Below, piece after piece: positions 1-12,758 of a stretch of 64,000 nt of DNA. Source of the stretch: Neoechinorhynchus agilis. Its lineage: Eukaryota > Animalia > Acanthocephala. The translations under genes and the position numbers were made by a program. Below the pieces are notes generated by a model. It was not told the DNA's origin, did not search any database, and saw only the letters and a program-made list of their open reading frames with translations. Within the stretch, counting starts at the first letter, position 1, and each line of letters starts with the position of its first letter. Location of the stretch: contig CM121341.1 of NCBI GenBank assembly GCA_051530055.1, positions 1,950,734 through 2,014,733 of the forward strand, given 5' to 3'.

Positions 1-1089
1 AGGCAGGATCACGAAGCTTCTCTAAATCAAGAAATCTTTTGTAAAGTTACCTGTAGGGATCCTTGTTGCGTTCTTTTTCTATGATGAAAAATCCCTGAGG
101 AATAAGATACATCGATATCAAACCGCGTGGCCTTGCATAATAGCCTTTTTTGCCCCCTCAGCCGGTACTTTTTCATCTTAAAATTTTGTTTTTAATTAAA
201 GTATTTTTATGAGAAGCATATCTTAAGCCTCTTTTAATAACAAAGTGATGATGAACCTGACAGAGTACGAAACGTATTAAATGGAAAAAAGGAATATTTA
301 GCGGGTGAAGACTTCCAAATAACACACCTTTAACTAAGAAATTATATTTCTGCATTTTAAATGGGAATTTTTATTGCCAATCTTGATAATTAATGCTTAA
401 TTTCCTTATCTCTTAAGTATAAAATATAGTGCCTAATTAATCCACTTTTTAATTAAGACTACTGGAATAATCGCCCTCAGGGATTTAAAATTACACCTTT
501 TCTCTCTCATTATCTCAGCCGAATTTCACTCTTGAAAACGGTCGATGGATGGTATCATTCGTTATCTCTTGGGAAAATCACTGTTCTATAAGCTTGCACT
601 TAAAAGGTCATTCATGTGCAAGCATATTTTTTCGAGTGGATCATTTCGTTGGTTCTAAGCATAATCGATCATGTCTAATGTGCTGAGACCACCTTTAAGT
701 TCTCAATAACCTTGGATATTTTTATCAAGGTCTTTAAAATCATGCACTTGCGATGAAATGTCTAACTTACGCAACTTCTTCGTCCCTATCGGCGAGACCT
801 CCCTACTATTGCCATCAAGCAGACAGTGTCAGGATGACGTCCAGAATTGCAGACTTTGTCCATTCTCTTTCCCTAAGAGCGAAACTGCTAATCCGTTCTC
901 TTCTTCGCCGCCGCGCCTCACATCTCTAATGTGAACACTTAGAATTTCGACAATCGTCGCCGGCACTTTACGCACACTGCGCATAAACAAGCATTTAATT
1001 TAGAGTTCCGAAAAGGGATTTCATATTCTTCTCATTTTTTTATACAATTTTAGATTGATTGTTCTTGCCTCAAGTGAACAACGCCAAAA

Positions 1090-3156
1090 ATGCCACCAAA
1101 CGTACCAGGTTGGATATCGATCGAAACCGGAATCAATCCGGGCCAACCAACGCTTACAACAGCACCGTCTATAGGAAATCGGTTTAAACAATCAATGGAC
1201 GGGGTTTTAACAAAAGCCGCCAATGTAACATCCCAAATCGCGTCAGGACTTACCTCCAGTAATCAATTGTCATTTGAACAGTGGTTCTTCTCAGCTGGAA
1301 ATGCAGATCTCGAAGAGACGGCCAATCCAGTGACTCTCGCGTTCTTTATTCTTTTTATCCTACTGGCTATCTGCCTAATCTTGTTGATATTCTTTGTAAT
1401 TCTCAGGAAATCAAAGTCACCAGCCAACACAATCCTTCTTCATTTTTATACGGCACAATTTTTGTTTTGCTTGTCAAACACAGTGCGGTTCATACAAACT
1501 CAAAACGATGTATGCATTCGGCAATTCGGCGGACTTTCTTACTATGCCGAATTTTTGAGCAATCCAATGTGCCAAGTTGCATTATGCTTGCTTGCTATAG
1601 AGAGGCTGGCTTTTGCACAAGGATTAGGCGGATGCCTTGGAACTGTTAAGAAATACACTCAACGGACGTGTATTCTACACATAGTTTTATCCATTGCTTG
1701 GGCTATGCTTGCAACGGGATCATTCGTAATTTTTGTGGTGATGAAGTATATAACCGCAGCGGGAACTTTCTTGCTTAAACCAGCATTAGAGGTCTTCGGA
1801 GCAGCTAAAGGACCGGCTGGAGACGAAGGGAAAGATTCCTTTGTGTGTGGAGGACCGGCCACTTTCATTCCAATCGGTGTCTTAAGGGATTTAATAGTGG
1901 GACTATTCGCAATTTTTGTCGCCGCTCCAGCTATAGTGAACGTACTGTCTCACTCATGGATTCTGACATTCGGAAATCAAATTCATGCATTTTGCACCAA
2001 CCAGCAAACGTGCTACGGTGACAAGATAACTCGACTTGCACTACTACTTACGATTTCCCATTTATTTTTAACGCTTCCTCATATCCTAATGTCGGTCTTT
2101 GTAAGCACTCTTGGACGAGCCTACCATATTCATTCGTTCTTTATGCTCTCAAAAGGATTCGAGACGTTATTGAGTACGATTTTGTTCCTCTACCATGATC
2201 CTTACGTTCGATCAAAAGTCATCGGGTACTGTACTAAAAAACCTAGCCAATCAAGGAAGTCGCCTGCAACTCGCAGTCAATGTGATATCGAGTCCTTGAT
2301 CAATACAGTAAATGTTAATCGGCACGATATGTCTAGCCTGTTGAACAGTGGAACCGCAAATGGGACTGGAATGATGGGAGCTGGTGGATTCGCTAATTCC
2401 ACTGCAGTTACTGGGTTTGATAGTCGTAATACGCCCTATCGATCGCGTAGTACTCCACCTCCAATGGGAGCGGAATTAAATCGATTCAGAAGACCAAGTG
2501 ATGGATTTTTCCCTGTTCCAGCAGAATATGACGACGATAAATTCGACGGTCGTCGAGACAATACTTTCCCTCCACACGACTCCAATTTCCATCCAGCAAG
2601 ACCTTATTTCGAAAGATCAACCATAGCTGCTCCAACGCTTCAAACACCTCGCCGAGGGTATAGATCTCCATCTCATGAAATCGGATTCAGTAGATTGTCA
2701 CGTCGGCCGTCTCCAACACATCCATCTCGAATACCTCCTCGAGATGACCGGATGTCAATTTCAAGAAGACAAAACATTCATCGTCCACAACCCGCAATCC
2801 CAGGAACATCTACTCCAGTTATGTCAACCACCAGTATGCGACCGCGTTCAATCACCAGGAGTCACGGACCACCTCCGATTCCCCCACGGCGTGCATCTGA
2901 ATCTCGATCGTCAACTTTACTCCGACAGCAGCCAAGTACTCCGGTTCAAACAAGATCCACACAACGCAGACAACCTGCTCATTCGTCCAGGCGGACTCAT
3001 AGTCGGAGTGCAAGTGTCGGTGCTGGTCAATTGGCAGACTATCGCTTTAGTCAATTTATAGACGAGCGCCCGTTCCCTGATGAACCGCCACCTGCATGGG
3101 GCCGAAGACCTCAAAATTGGTTCCAATCAACAATTACAAACGAAGAGGAAGTATAA
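1090..3156 (+). CDS. Intronless divergent class A (rhodopsin-like) GPCR with a ~320-aa Ser/Pro/Arg-rich C-terminal tail
   Basis: 688-aa ORF with seven hydrophobic segments. DRY-equivalent 'LLAIERL', TM6 'FLTLPH', TM7/helix 8 'ILFLYHDPYVR'. AATAAA at about 3241. Confidence 0.8.
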   Translation: MPPNVPGWISIETGINPGQPTLTTAPSIGNRFKQSMDGVLTKAANVTSQIASGLTSSNQLSFEQWFFSAGNADLEETANPVTLAFFILFILLAICLILLIFFVILRKSKSPANTILLHFYTAQFLFCLSNTVRFIQTQNDVCIRQFGGLSYYAEFLSNPMCQVALCLLAIERLAFAQGLGGCLGTVKKYTQRTCILHIVLSIAWAMLATGSFVIFVVMKYITAAGTFLLKPALEVFGAAKGPAGDEGKDSFVCGGPATFIPIGVLRDLIVGLFAIFVAAPAIVNVLSHSWILTFGNQIHAFCTNQQTCYGDKITRLALLLTISHLFLTLPHILMSVFVSTLGRAYHIHSFFMLSKGFETLLSTILFLYHDPYVRSKVIGYCTKKPSQSRKSPATRSQCDIESLINTVNVNRHDMSSLLNSGTANGTGMMGAGGFANSTAVTGFDSRNTPYRSRSTPPPMGAELNRFRRPSDGFFPVPAEYDDDKFDGRRDNTFPPHDSNFHPARPYFERSTIAAPTLQTPRRGYRSPSHEIGFSRLSRRPSPTHPSRIPPRDDRMSISRRQNIHRPQPAIPGTSTPVMSTTSMRPRSITRSHGPPPIPPRRASESRSSTLLRQQPSTPVQTRSTQRRQPAHSSRRTHSRSASVGAGQLADYRFSQFIDERPFPDEPPPAWGRRPQNWFQSTITNEEEV

Positions 3157-4601
3157 TAACTCATGCTAAACTCGCCTGTAAACGTGTATTTTTGCGTGAA
3201 TGTGTAAATCTAAACTGCCTCATCGGAAATTATCTTTATAAATAAAGTTGTAATTTTACAAATTGTCTATTAATCCTGTACTCGCACTTCTCTAGATATC
3301 TAGATTAAAAAGATGTATCTTTGAACTATGTTGGGGAAGTCCGCGAAAACGAAATTGGCGTAATTTTTCGGGATGTTCTAAATTCATTAAGACGCCGAAG
3401 ATGGAAAGGTATTAAATGAGAATTTTAATTCGTTAGTGGGATCAAGATTTTAAAACCTAACAAGTAATAAACGGAGTTATTTGCTAGGTGAATAATTTCG
3501 ATTGAATTTCGAGTGGACATTATCATTTAAAAGTCAGCTTAAAACAAATGGCTTATAAAAGTTTTAACGGAAAACGTTCATTTTCCGTGACAGGAAAAAT
3601 ATCTTTCACGAGCGACGTTTGATTTCCATTTTTTAAAATCTGTTCATGTAACCGAAATTGTTAAGAGTTGAATTTAAAGGATAAAGCGTGAAAATCGCAC
3701 AAATTTTCCATTCATGAAAATGTGCTTCATTAATTTGATTAAAATTTTGAACAGCGCTTTACTATTGCTCCTCTTTGCAATACTTGCGAATTGGTTTAAA
3801 GTTCTCATTTTTGCATTCAAAGTGCCCTCAAAATGGCAAATAATGAAGCCTAAAAACTTATAATTTCAAAAATTGAAGCTTACAAACTACAAATACCTGT
3901 TGTTTGTAAAATTGGAAAGTTGAACTACAAGACAAAAAAAAGTGACAAATATTATTTTACACTTTGGGTGAGAATAATCCCGGTCATTACATATTTTATT
4001 TATTCGAAATATTTCGCGAGGTATCCTCGCCTCTTCAGTCATCTAAAAATAGGTTTTCCATATTACGATTTTTGTTCGAGTGCGCGGGATCGCCAAACCC
4101 GAAGTTCAGGGACCAATTATCCTGTTTCGTTTTTTTCATAAGCACAATAAAATAGTAGTAATAGTTCCCAATAAACAAGACGTCATTTCATAATTTAAAC
4201 ATTATTTACGACAACAAGCGCCTTAATATTTTAATAGTTTTGACAGTCTTTTCTTTGGTTTCGCTTGTGAAAGCACTAATAATTTACGATTTTATCAAGC
4301 GCACAATGCGAGTGGCATCCAACATCACGATAGATGGTCCATGATTAATCGTAGCGTAAGTAGTTGTTAGAATAAGGGTGTCATTCAGTCAAGAAAAATG
4401 AAGTGTTTGGCGCATGCTGATACTGATTGCAATGGCGCTGCGGTAGGGAAACAGTCATCCGTGCCCACCCGTGAAGCGCCACTCATTCTTCGTTTTTGAA
4501 TGGCACACAAACGTGAGTATATGCCGTGCGGAATATGTGCTTGAGAACTAGATCAACAGTCGAAGATTTATATAGGATGGAGTAAAAAGACCAAGCATCC
4601 A

Positions 4602-6173
4602 ATGCTCGAATGTCGGCAAAACCGAGATGAACTTATGCGTGCAAGGAATTATAAGAACGTCGCGATGGTGGCTCATCTAGTCAACCAAGATGGTCTCCGA
4701 ATTTTAAAAGATGTAAGTGAAATTATTGGAAGTTACGACGTCTATGAGCTTCATATTCTCGATCCTAAAACAATTCTGTCAAGTGTTAGATACGCAAACT
4801 GTAAATTTATTCGACTTTTCATCGTTGGAGATGATGGTACTGTTACGGCTGTCATTGAAGCAATTCAAAAAATTGGATTCATTAATCGCGTTGTCTTATG
4901 CCCTATTCCTGTATGTGGTAATAATTATTTGGCTGAGTTTTTAATTGGCTCCAATTGGTTTTGTTCACCTAAACGAAGCTGGAAGTTTCAATCATTGACT
5001 CTGTCCTCGTTTCTCAAAGCGCCGCAAAATTTCCTGAAAAAATCTAATAAGACTAAAGCAATGAGATCAAAAAGTGTCAAAGTGAGAAGGGTCAACGCTC
5101 TGTTTCCAGCACTTAGGACTTCACTAGAAATAAACTCACTCATCCATAGCTACCTCATTACGAATTCCGCCGTCTCAATGGATGTCTGGCGGGCTCAGAT
5201 AATCTCACTTGAGGACGGAGAACAACGAAACTATACATTCGTTATAAAGGTTGTCATTGGAAGTGATGCGGATTCATTGGTACACAATAGGGCAGTCAAT
5301 AGCAAACAGAACTCACTTGAAAGGTTTCCTAGGCGGGAAAGCATTGCTGTAGCTGCTTTGAATTATCATATGAAGTTATGTTGTGAAGCTATAATTCCAA
5401 AAAAGGCGTCGATCCAACTCGATTCGAATGTTAACTACTTTAAAATTGAGCACTCGCAAATCGTTGTTTCATACCGAGTTGATTTCCCGTTCGAAATTTC
5501 GAATTCAATTTTTCCTTGTTAACTTAGTTCATTAAATGGTGGTGTTTTACTGGTTTAAAGATTACATATATAACAAGAATTTCAAGACCGCTATTTGTTC
5601 TTAGAAAACCATAAAGTGCGAATTTTTTTCGTTTGGTTGCCTCAAAGATTACAATTTTGCGACGAATTTTAAATTTATTTTTAACCAGGCTACTTTGGCG
5701 AATCGCCAATATTACCTTTTCATTTCTGGAATGACGATTAGTGACTGCATGCAATTCCACATCCGTTCAACTTAAAGTTAAAATGTGACGGCCAGGACAT
5801 GACACAACGTCTTAAAACGAAATTATTGACAAACACTTTATTAATCTCGAACTTGCCCGTTCCTAAACATAAATCAATGAAAGGCGTACGCTGTGATGAC
5901 GGTAAACTTGAACTATTCACTTACTGCAGTCGCCAGAGGATATGCTCCCAAACTGGCGATGTGGAATTTGAACATATTGGACAAGCTCAATACATAGAAA
6001 TACTGATTGAATATCCCATGAGCATCATGATAGATGACACTTGCGTAACAATTGTAAAGGAATCAATGATTAAAATCGGTTTAACCGGAGATCAAGTACT
6101 TATGATGGCATGTGATTTAGGTCTGGTTGAAAGCAAACAAGTTGACTTCTTGTTCGCGAACCTAACAAGCTAA
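4602..6173 (+). CDS. Diacylglycerol kinase-like protein (catalytic + accessory domains), two exons, degenerate catalytic motifs
   Basis: 'LFIVGDDGTV' resembles GGDGTV, 'PIPVCGNNYLA' resembles PLGTGNDLA, and the second ORF (5799-6173) has 'DDGKLELF', like the DGK accessory DDGLLEV. The junction between the two ORFs is uncertain (see findings). Confidence 0.7.
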
Positions 6174-7227
6174 TATATTCGATTTTGATTTTTGATTTGT
6201 TTAAAATCACATTTTACACCTAAAACCTTTTTTATACCACTGATGAGGATTCCTTGTTCGAAATAACTGAATAAAACATGTTTTATCTGGGGGATTATGA
6301 TCACCATATCTTTTACTGTTCGGAGGCCATTAATATCATTGTCAATCTTACATGCGTCTCAGTTTTCTCGCATTTACCGCAATAATCCGAACCATTAATG
6401 TCTGCTTTGCTTCCATTGCTTGATAAATAGCTTACAGAACAAATATATCATTTCTGGAAAACAAAAATGTATTGAATGTCATCATACTTTATGATTAATT
6501 CATCAGACATTGTGAATTAGAAATCTAAAATATAGATCACATATTTTCTAAAACTGACTTTCCGTCTGAAATTAATGATAAAAACCGACGAGGTGGCGAT
6601 TACATCAATCACTTAAGCTGATCTGATAATCGAGAAACGGTCAAAATATTTTACCGTATTTGGCAGATAAATAGTGTTGATAATTCTAAAATGAAAAATT
6701 TCGGTTCTAAAATTTATTCTGGATTCACGAGCAAATATAAAATTACTATATTTCGCAAGTAAAGTTTGGACTTCAAAATACATATATTTATAAACTATTC
6801 GATGGTTTGTACATAACTAATTGGTGGACTTAGTAAAGTTTTTCATTAATCCATTGTGGTTTAAGATGAGTAATTTTTAGATCAATTCTCATTTCTGTTT
6901 TTTTGATTGCACTTGATTTGAACCCAAAATCTGTTGCAACCGAGAGAATATTACCCCAAGAAAACCGAGAAAAATAACCACGAAAATCGCCATCCAATAG
7001 TAGGATAACGATCACTAATTCAATGCACGCTCTGATCATTGAACTCATTAGTTTGCTAAAGTGATGCGCTGCGACCTACCACTCATATATATGTTTATCT
7101 AAGGTTATCGAGGCCCGAAAATAAGCATGTTATTGATTGTCTAGAAGAGTAGAAAAGCATCCGAGCTTCATAAGTCGTTCCTACCCACATCGTACAAAAG
7201 ATCGCACACACATCCGTCACTCACTCA

Positions 7228-7737
7228 ATGGTTGACCGAAAGAGTAGACGCCGGTCCAGTCGTGGAGCTGGAAAAATGTTTGCCTCATTTGATTCCAAAC
7301 AAATCCAGGAATTCAAAGAGGCATTTACAATGATAGATCAGGACAGGGATGGAGTTATTAACGCCGATGATCTTAAGGAGATTTACATGTCATTGGGAAA
7401 ATCAATGAAGGATTCTGCGATTGATGGCATGTTAAAAGAGTCAAAAACCGCACTTAATTTCAGTGCTTTTTTGACAATGTTTGGAGAGAAACTGAATGGA
7501 ACCGATCCAGAGGAGACAATATTCAACGCTTTTAAAATGTACGATCCAAAGGAGAAAGGGATAATTAGTACGAAGGAGCTAAAGGAAATATTGACAGAGC
7601 ATGGAAGGGAGAAGAATAGATTAACTCAAAGTCAATTCACACAACTCTTAGAGGGTGCTCCTGTCAACGCCAAAGGAGAACTTGATTATGTAGAGTTTGC
7701 CAGATTAATCACAAAGGGAGCAGCTGACGAGTCCTAG
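7228..7737 (+). CDS. Myosin regulatory light chain (EF-hand), intronless
   Basis: 'QIQEFKEAFTMIDQDRDGVI', 'FLTMFGEKLNGTDPEETIFNAF' and 'LDYVEFARLITKG' are MRLC signatures. Confidence 0.95.
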   Translation: MVDRKSRRRSSRGAGKMFASFDSKQIQEFKEAFTMIDQDRDGVINADDLKEIYMSLGKSMKDSAIDGMLKESKTALNFSAFLTMFGEKLNGTDPEETIFNAFKMYDPKEKGIISTKELKEILTEHGREKNRLTQSQFTQLLEGAPVNAKGELDYVEFARLITKGAADES

Positions 7738-10700
7738 ATTTTAATCAGAAGTAAAACAGCGTATATTTAGTTATTACAGATTACCGTTCAAAGATGTAGT
7801 TGCTCAAATCAAATTTTGTATTGCACTAACAATGGGCAATTCTAGAGAACAAAAAGCATTTTCTCAACTTAGAAAATTTGGTTTATTTCGTTCAGGAAGT
7901 TATGGAAACACCAATAAATGCTTTGTCTCAAGTCGATTTCGGATTCATTTTCCAAATTAGGAATGACGATCATAACTAAATATGGCGATATCGATGTAGG
8001 GCAAAACAAGACTGTTGAAGAGTATTAAATATTCAACGGAAATCCGAAACCTCCCCGCGTTTATAATTTAAATTAGAAGGCAGCTATGATGACTCTTCAC
8101 ATAATTTGACAGGAAATAGTCATTTTAATTTGAGGGATTTTAAACCGTAGTTAAAGCATGAAAATTTTTTGTTGATCTCGCCCATGTACCTAAGTATGTC
8201 CAAAAATTGGCTTTTTAATAGGATCTTCGTTTTCTCAAGCTAACAATAAAATTTAAAAACAATAATCTCGGCCGAATAACATTAAGCGCTCTCAAATGGA
8301 ACTAAAAATTTAGGATTCCTTTCATTTCCAAGAATTTTTTAAATAGAAAAAAGACTACGGTTTTCGCTGATTAAATGTTACTACTAATCCATGGTTCGCC
8401 ATGCGAAAAATATTCATCGACGGTGGATTTTAAAGATGAAAATGAGGTTTCAGACGTGATAATCACATTAATCGCTTTGCTTTAATTCGATAAGACTACG
8501 CACAAGAATTTAGTAATTGTGCCTGATTCAGCGTACACGATTGCCGCAAATGATTAGATTTCAGAATGTACAAGAAAATAACTGAGCAGGATTCCATGTA
8601 GTCGCTCGAAGCTAATCCGTCATGCATTTGAAACCGTAATAAATGGAATTTATGATGAGTACATATATTTGTTTTCAACTCTTATCCTAAAATTCGGTTT
8701 TCCCAATTGTCACGGAACAGATAGACCGGCCCATTTAGGTAAAGACGAAGAATTCCACGCCATTTACATTCTCATTTGCATGGCTGATGAGTTCCCGCTA
8801 CGGTTGGTACGTGGGGCCGGATGTTGTCCACAAATGAAATTAGAAGAGGTTTATGCACGGACGACATAAAGATTGATTTTGTGAGCCATAGCGGTTTAGA
8901 TTGGCTTTGTGTTTGAGAGACCATGTCGAATACCGAACTCTCTTGTGTTACGAATGTTGAGGACCACATCAATCTGTCAGAGCGAGCTTTCTAAGGGACA
9001 TGGAGGTCGTGAGACCTTTGAACTTGATTTGTATGCCCTGGTGCTTTGTCATTAATAGAAATGTGCATAACGACCTCATTGTCGTGGCGACTGCCGTCCG
9101 CTACATCTCCAGACAGATCTCTAACGATGGCAGCATGTTTGCAATTTATTTAGATTATATTGGAGTGTGACAGCTGCACTCTAGAGCGATGCCCGCAGAC
9201 CGACTGATCAGAGATGATGGAGTTTGGATGCTGAGAAACTCGTTCAAAAAGAACAGAATGGTATCGAAAAATGGCGGAGGAGGTATGTGTAAGGCACAAA
9301 TTCCAATCCCCTTCTTGGGACTCTTTTCAGTCAATGAAGAGCATGCTCTTGAGGCAATTTTTTCTGTTGAAGGCACAAACAATACGCACTCCCCGAATGT
9401 GGAGGGAGCGCTATGCCGTTGCTTGACTTTCTACAAGATTAACGTTTGTTCCCGTCGTTTAGACCAGACTTCAGGCCAAAAACTTAGTACTGATAGTCTA
9501 CGAAATTCAGGCAAATCTTTCTATCTAAGCAGCTTTTTCGGTTTGTTTCCAGCTTTCCTTGTCGTTTTTATTTTGTCTTTCCTTAAAAAGCTCGTTTCGG
9601 CTCTTCAAGTACGAATCAATCAAATCCCATCTCTTCGTCGCCATCATCCGGATACGATTCATCGCTTTGTAGCGGACAAACTACCAGTCCGTATTCTCAA
9701 AACAAAAGTCAGAGCGCCATGAATATCCTCCACAAAGCCAAAGATGACGTTTCACCGACTATCACACTAACAAATCTAAACTTAAATGAATCGATTCTTG
9801 ACATGTACTCAATTCCTCATCGACTTCAATGCTACAATCTTTCACAGCTCCAACAAAAACGGCTGAAAAAATGTGAGACGCCAACAATCAAACTCGAACA
9901 AATAGTAAGTTATTTACAATCTCTGTTTTTTAAATGCATTCCGGCTTATACTTGGCACCACATTCATCAATTTTTCTGAAGAAATTATGTCACAGGAGAC
10001 GGCTTTCTCTCGACACACTGGACTTGTCAAGTATAATTTTTTGTCTGCAAACGAATGGGATAGAAAATGTGTTGTCCACACTTTCGGGCGTTGTATTGGA
10101 ATTTAAATGCTCGCTTACACACATACAATACCGCATAGCGGACTAATTCCAACCGGTCTCTTAAACGCCATTATCCACTTGATGAGTTTCTCTGAATAAT
10201 TTGTCCTGTCTTTGTCAGAATCATATATCTTAATATACATTTTCTGAACGAATATTCTTCTACCTCAACGACCAATAATATTATTTTAAGAATGCCTCAG
10301 CTGTGCTTTGACTTGTATCTTATTTCTTAGATAAGCATCCTGTACTAATCGTTCTGCCAAATGTCTTTTATCGTTTTACTGATATGGGCGACTATGAAAA
10401 TTGTAGGCAATTCAAGAATTACAAAATTTACCCTCGTGTTCCAGCGACGAAATTCACATCTATAAATTTTTCAGCTTCTCCGATAAAGAGTTTCTTATGT
10501 ATATTATCAAAAGTAATATAAAAATATGCTGATTGATTTTCGCATTCTCAAATGGTTTGAAATTCCTCGGACTGTAGATTGTGGATCATTTAGTAGAAAA
10601 GTAAAACGTACTGGATTTAAAAGCTTTGCCAAGAATACATTCCGGTTTTCCCCAATCTAAATATAGCAAGAGGTAAATTCTAACAAAGCGAGCTGTCTTC

Positions 10701-12758
10701 TTATTCACTAAGTGTCGCCACTTATCCTGAATCCTATCTCTAATATCTAAAAGGCAGTCCAAGTCAAGAGGCTAACCCACGTTATGTCCCATAGTCGATG
10801 CCTTTTCCTTTGTCAATGAAAGATTGCCATGCCATTTGACTGCCTTTTGTCAGTCCTCAAATATCATCCGTTTCTTGGATACTCGTAATGTGGAGGCTGC
10901 TCAATGTTATACACACCACGGTATTGAATTTCTCATTTGTCATTAACTTTCCTTTTAGAATTAAACAAATTTCCCCCCCCCACATTAAAACGCAGCTTTC
11001 AAATGAACATTTATAGGCAGCAAAACGCCTATCATTTAAATTAACCAATTAGCTGATTTTGATTACTGTCTGTATTCGATCCTTGCCGCTTTACTGCGTT
11101 TTAGTTCCCAGCAATAATGTTGTGTAATTGCAATGAAGCGTGTTTGAGATTAATCCCAGGCGGAAGCATATTGTTCCACAAACAAGCCACCTTCTGTTAT
11201 AGAAGATTTTAAACGCCCTTGGGCCCTCCATGGAAACTAGAAATTAAGTATTCGGGTTGCGCAGTTAATAAAATTGTTTGAAATAGTTACTGTTGACTAA
11301 CCCGAGAACCTTCTATAAAAGCACTTTCTAAATAGTACAGACGAATGTCTTTTTCTAACCTTTTTGAGGCACAAATGGTATTTTTTTCTAAATGTTTTCA
11401 AATTTATCTGTATCCGAAAGCGAACGTTTAGACTCAGATGAACTCGAGAATTCCTATTCCCTTTCAAATATGTTCCAATTATAATAATCTTATTGTTTCT
11501 TGACAATTCCACTATTTCACCTGTCAAATACTCAGCGTCGCCATCAACGCAAATGCCATATTCAAGAGTGATGATAAATACACCCAACCGAAAACTAAAA
11601 TCCTTACAAACTGATTGTTATTAATAAAAAAAGGGTATTTAAATATTTTGACCATTGTGCGTGTATTGTGGCACTTTAACGCACATGCCGGGCTAGTATT
11701 CTCCTTCCACAATACCGATATGTTTAACTGAATTTCTGTACTGCGGGAGCTATTGCATTTCGTTATGTAAAAACTACGGTACAAAACAAGGCTTTCGGTT
11801 AGTTGCACAATCCTAGTTTTCTCCATTTCGGCGTCGAATTGCCGGTGGTTTCAGTATCACAAACACTCGAGCTCTAGATGTCTCCTTGTGCGGAATTATC
11901 CTTTGGTTTGATGTCCAGCAGAAGGCGACGTGACAGATCGTCTTCAACATTGGTACCTTTTTCTTAATTCCAAAAATTTGACTGAAATTCTCTTAATTTT
12001 GTGACCCACGAAAAAGGTTCCTTCAAACGAAGCAAAGGAAACAAAACAGAAGCAACGCAAAAGGTCCTTGCTGGATTCATTAAGGAGACGATATCAACAA
12101 GATGAGACCACTTCAACGTATTCATCTTCATCAGACACTGATGAACACGCCGCGACAAAGCCAACAGCCGCCTCTTTCATGGACACAAAACGCAACACTG
12201 TAAGTTCAGACCTCTTAGAAAAGTAGCCAAGTAGCTATAAATGCTGTAGATGTGCGAAATGATAGTTGCTCATCGATAAATGCTAAGACAGATGAGACAT
12301 TTGAGGTTTTGCATGAGTCTCTGTAATGTGGGCGACTATTATCAACACACTCCTGATATGGTTTAGAAACGTTAAATTTATATATTTCTATCAACCTCGC
12401 CGTTTTAGCCGTCTGTTATCGAAAACCATGAATCACTCTTGATCTCAACCAACTCAAATAATGAACGAAGGATCTCAGAATGCTTTAACGCACCACTCGG
12501 TTAGTGAAAAAATCGCCCCCTCTTGTGTTATTGATTTCCAACCTAGCAGCCCTGAAAAGGCAACCAACTATAAACCAATTATCATCGAGGAAATGCAATT
12601 TAAGTAAAGTTAAACAATCAAAAAGTAAGTCTGCAGCAGTGCACTTCATTGATTTATATTCCCCGAGCGCAAAAAGCAATAAAATTGCGTAATTCTCTAG
12701 TCGTATTAAATATTCAGAGCCGCTTTTACTAGACCATCGCTCTATTGCAAAAACAATC

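Noticed and set aside
6239-6275. CTGATGAG...CGAAA hammerhead-like motif
   Set aside because: Stem II has only about 3 weak pairs, and stems I and III cannot be formed.
8950-10150. Fragmented plus-strand ORFs (9189, 9719, 9934), possibly a decayed LINE endonuclease region
   Set aside because: No motif strong enough to assign; left unannotated.
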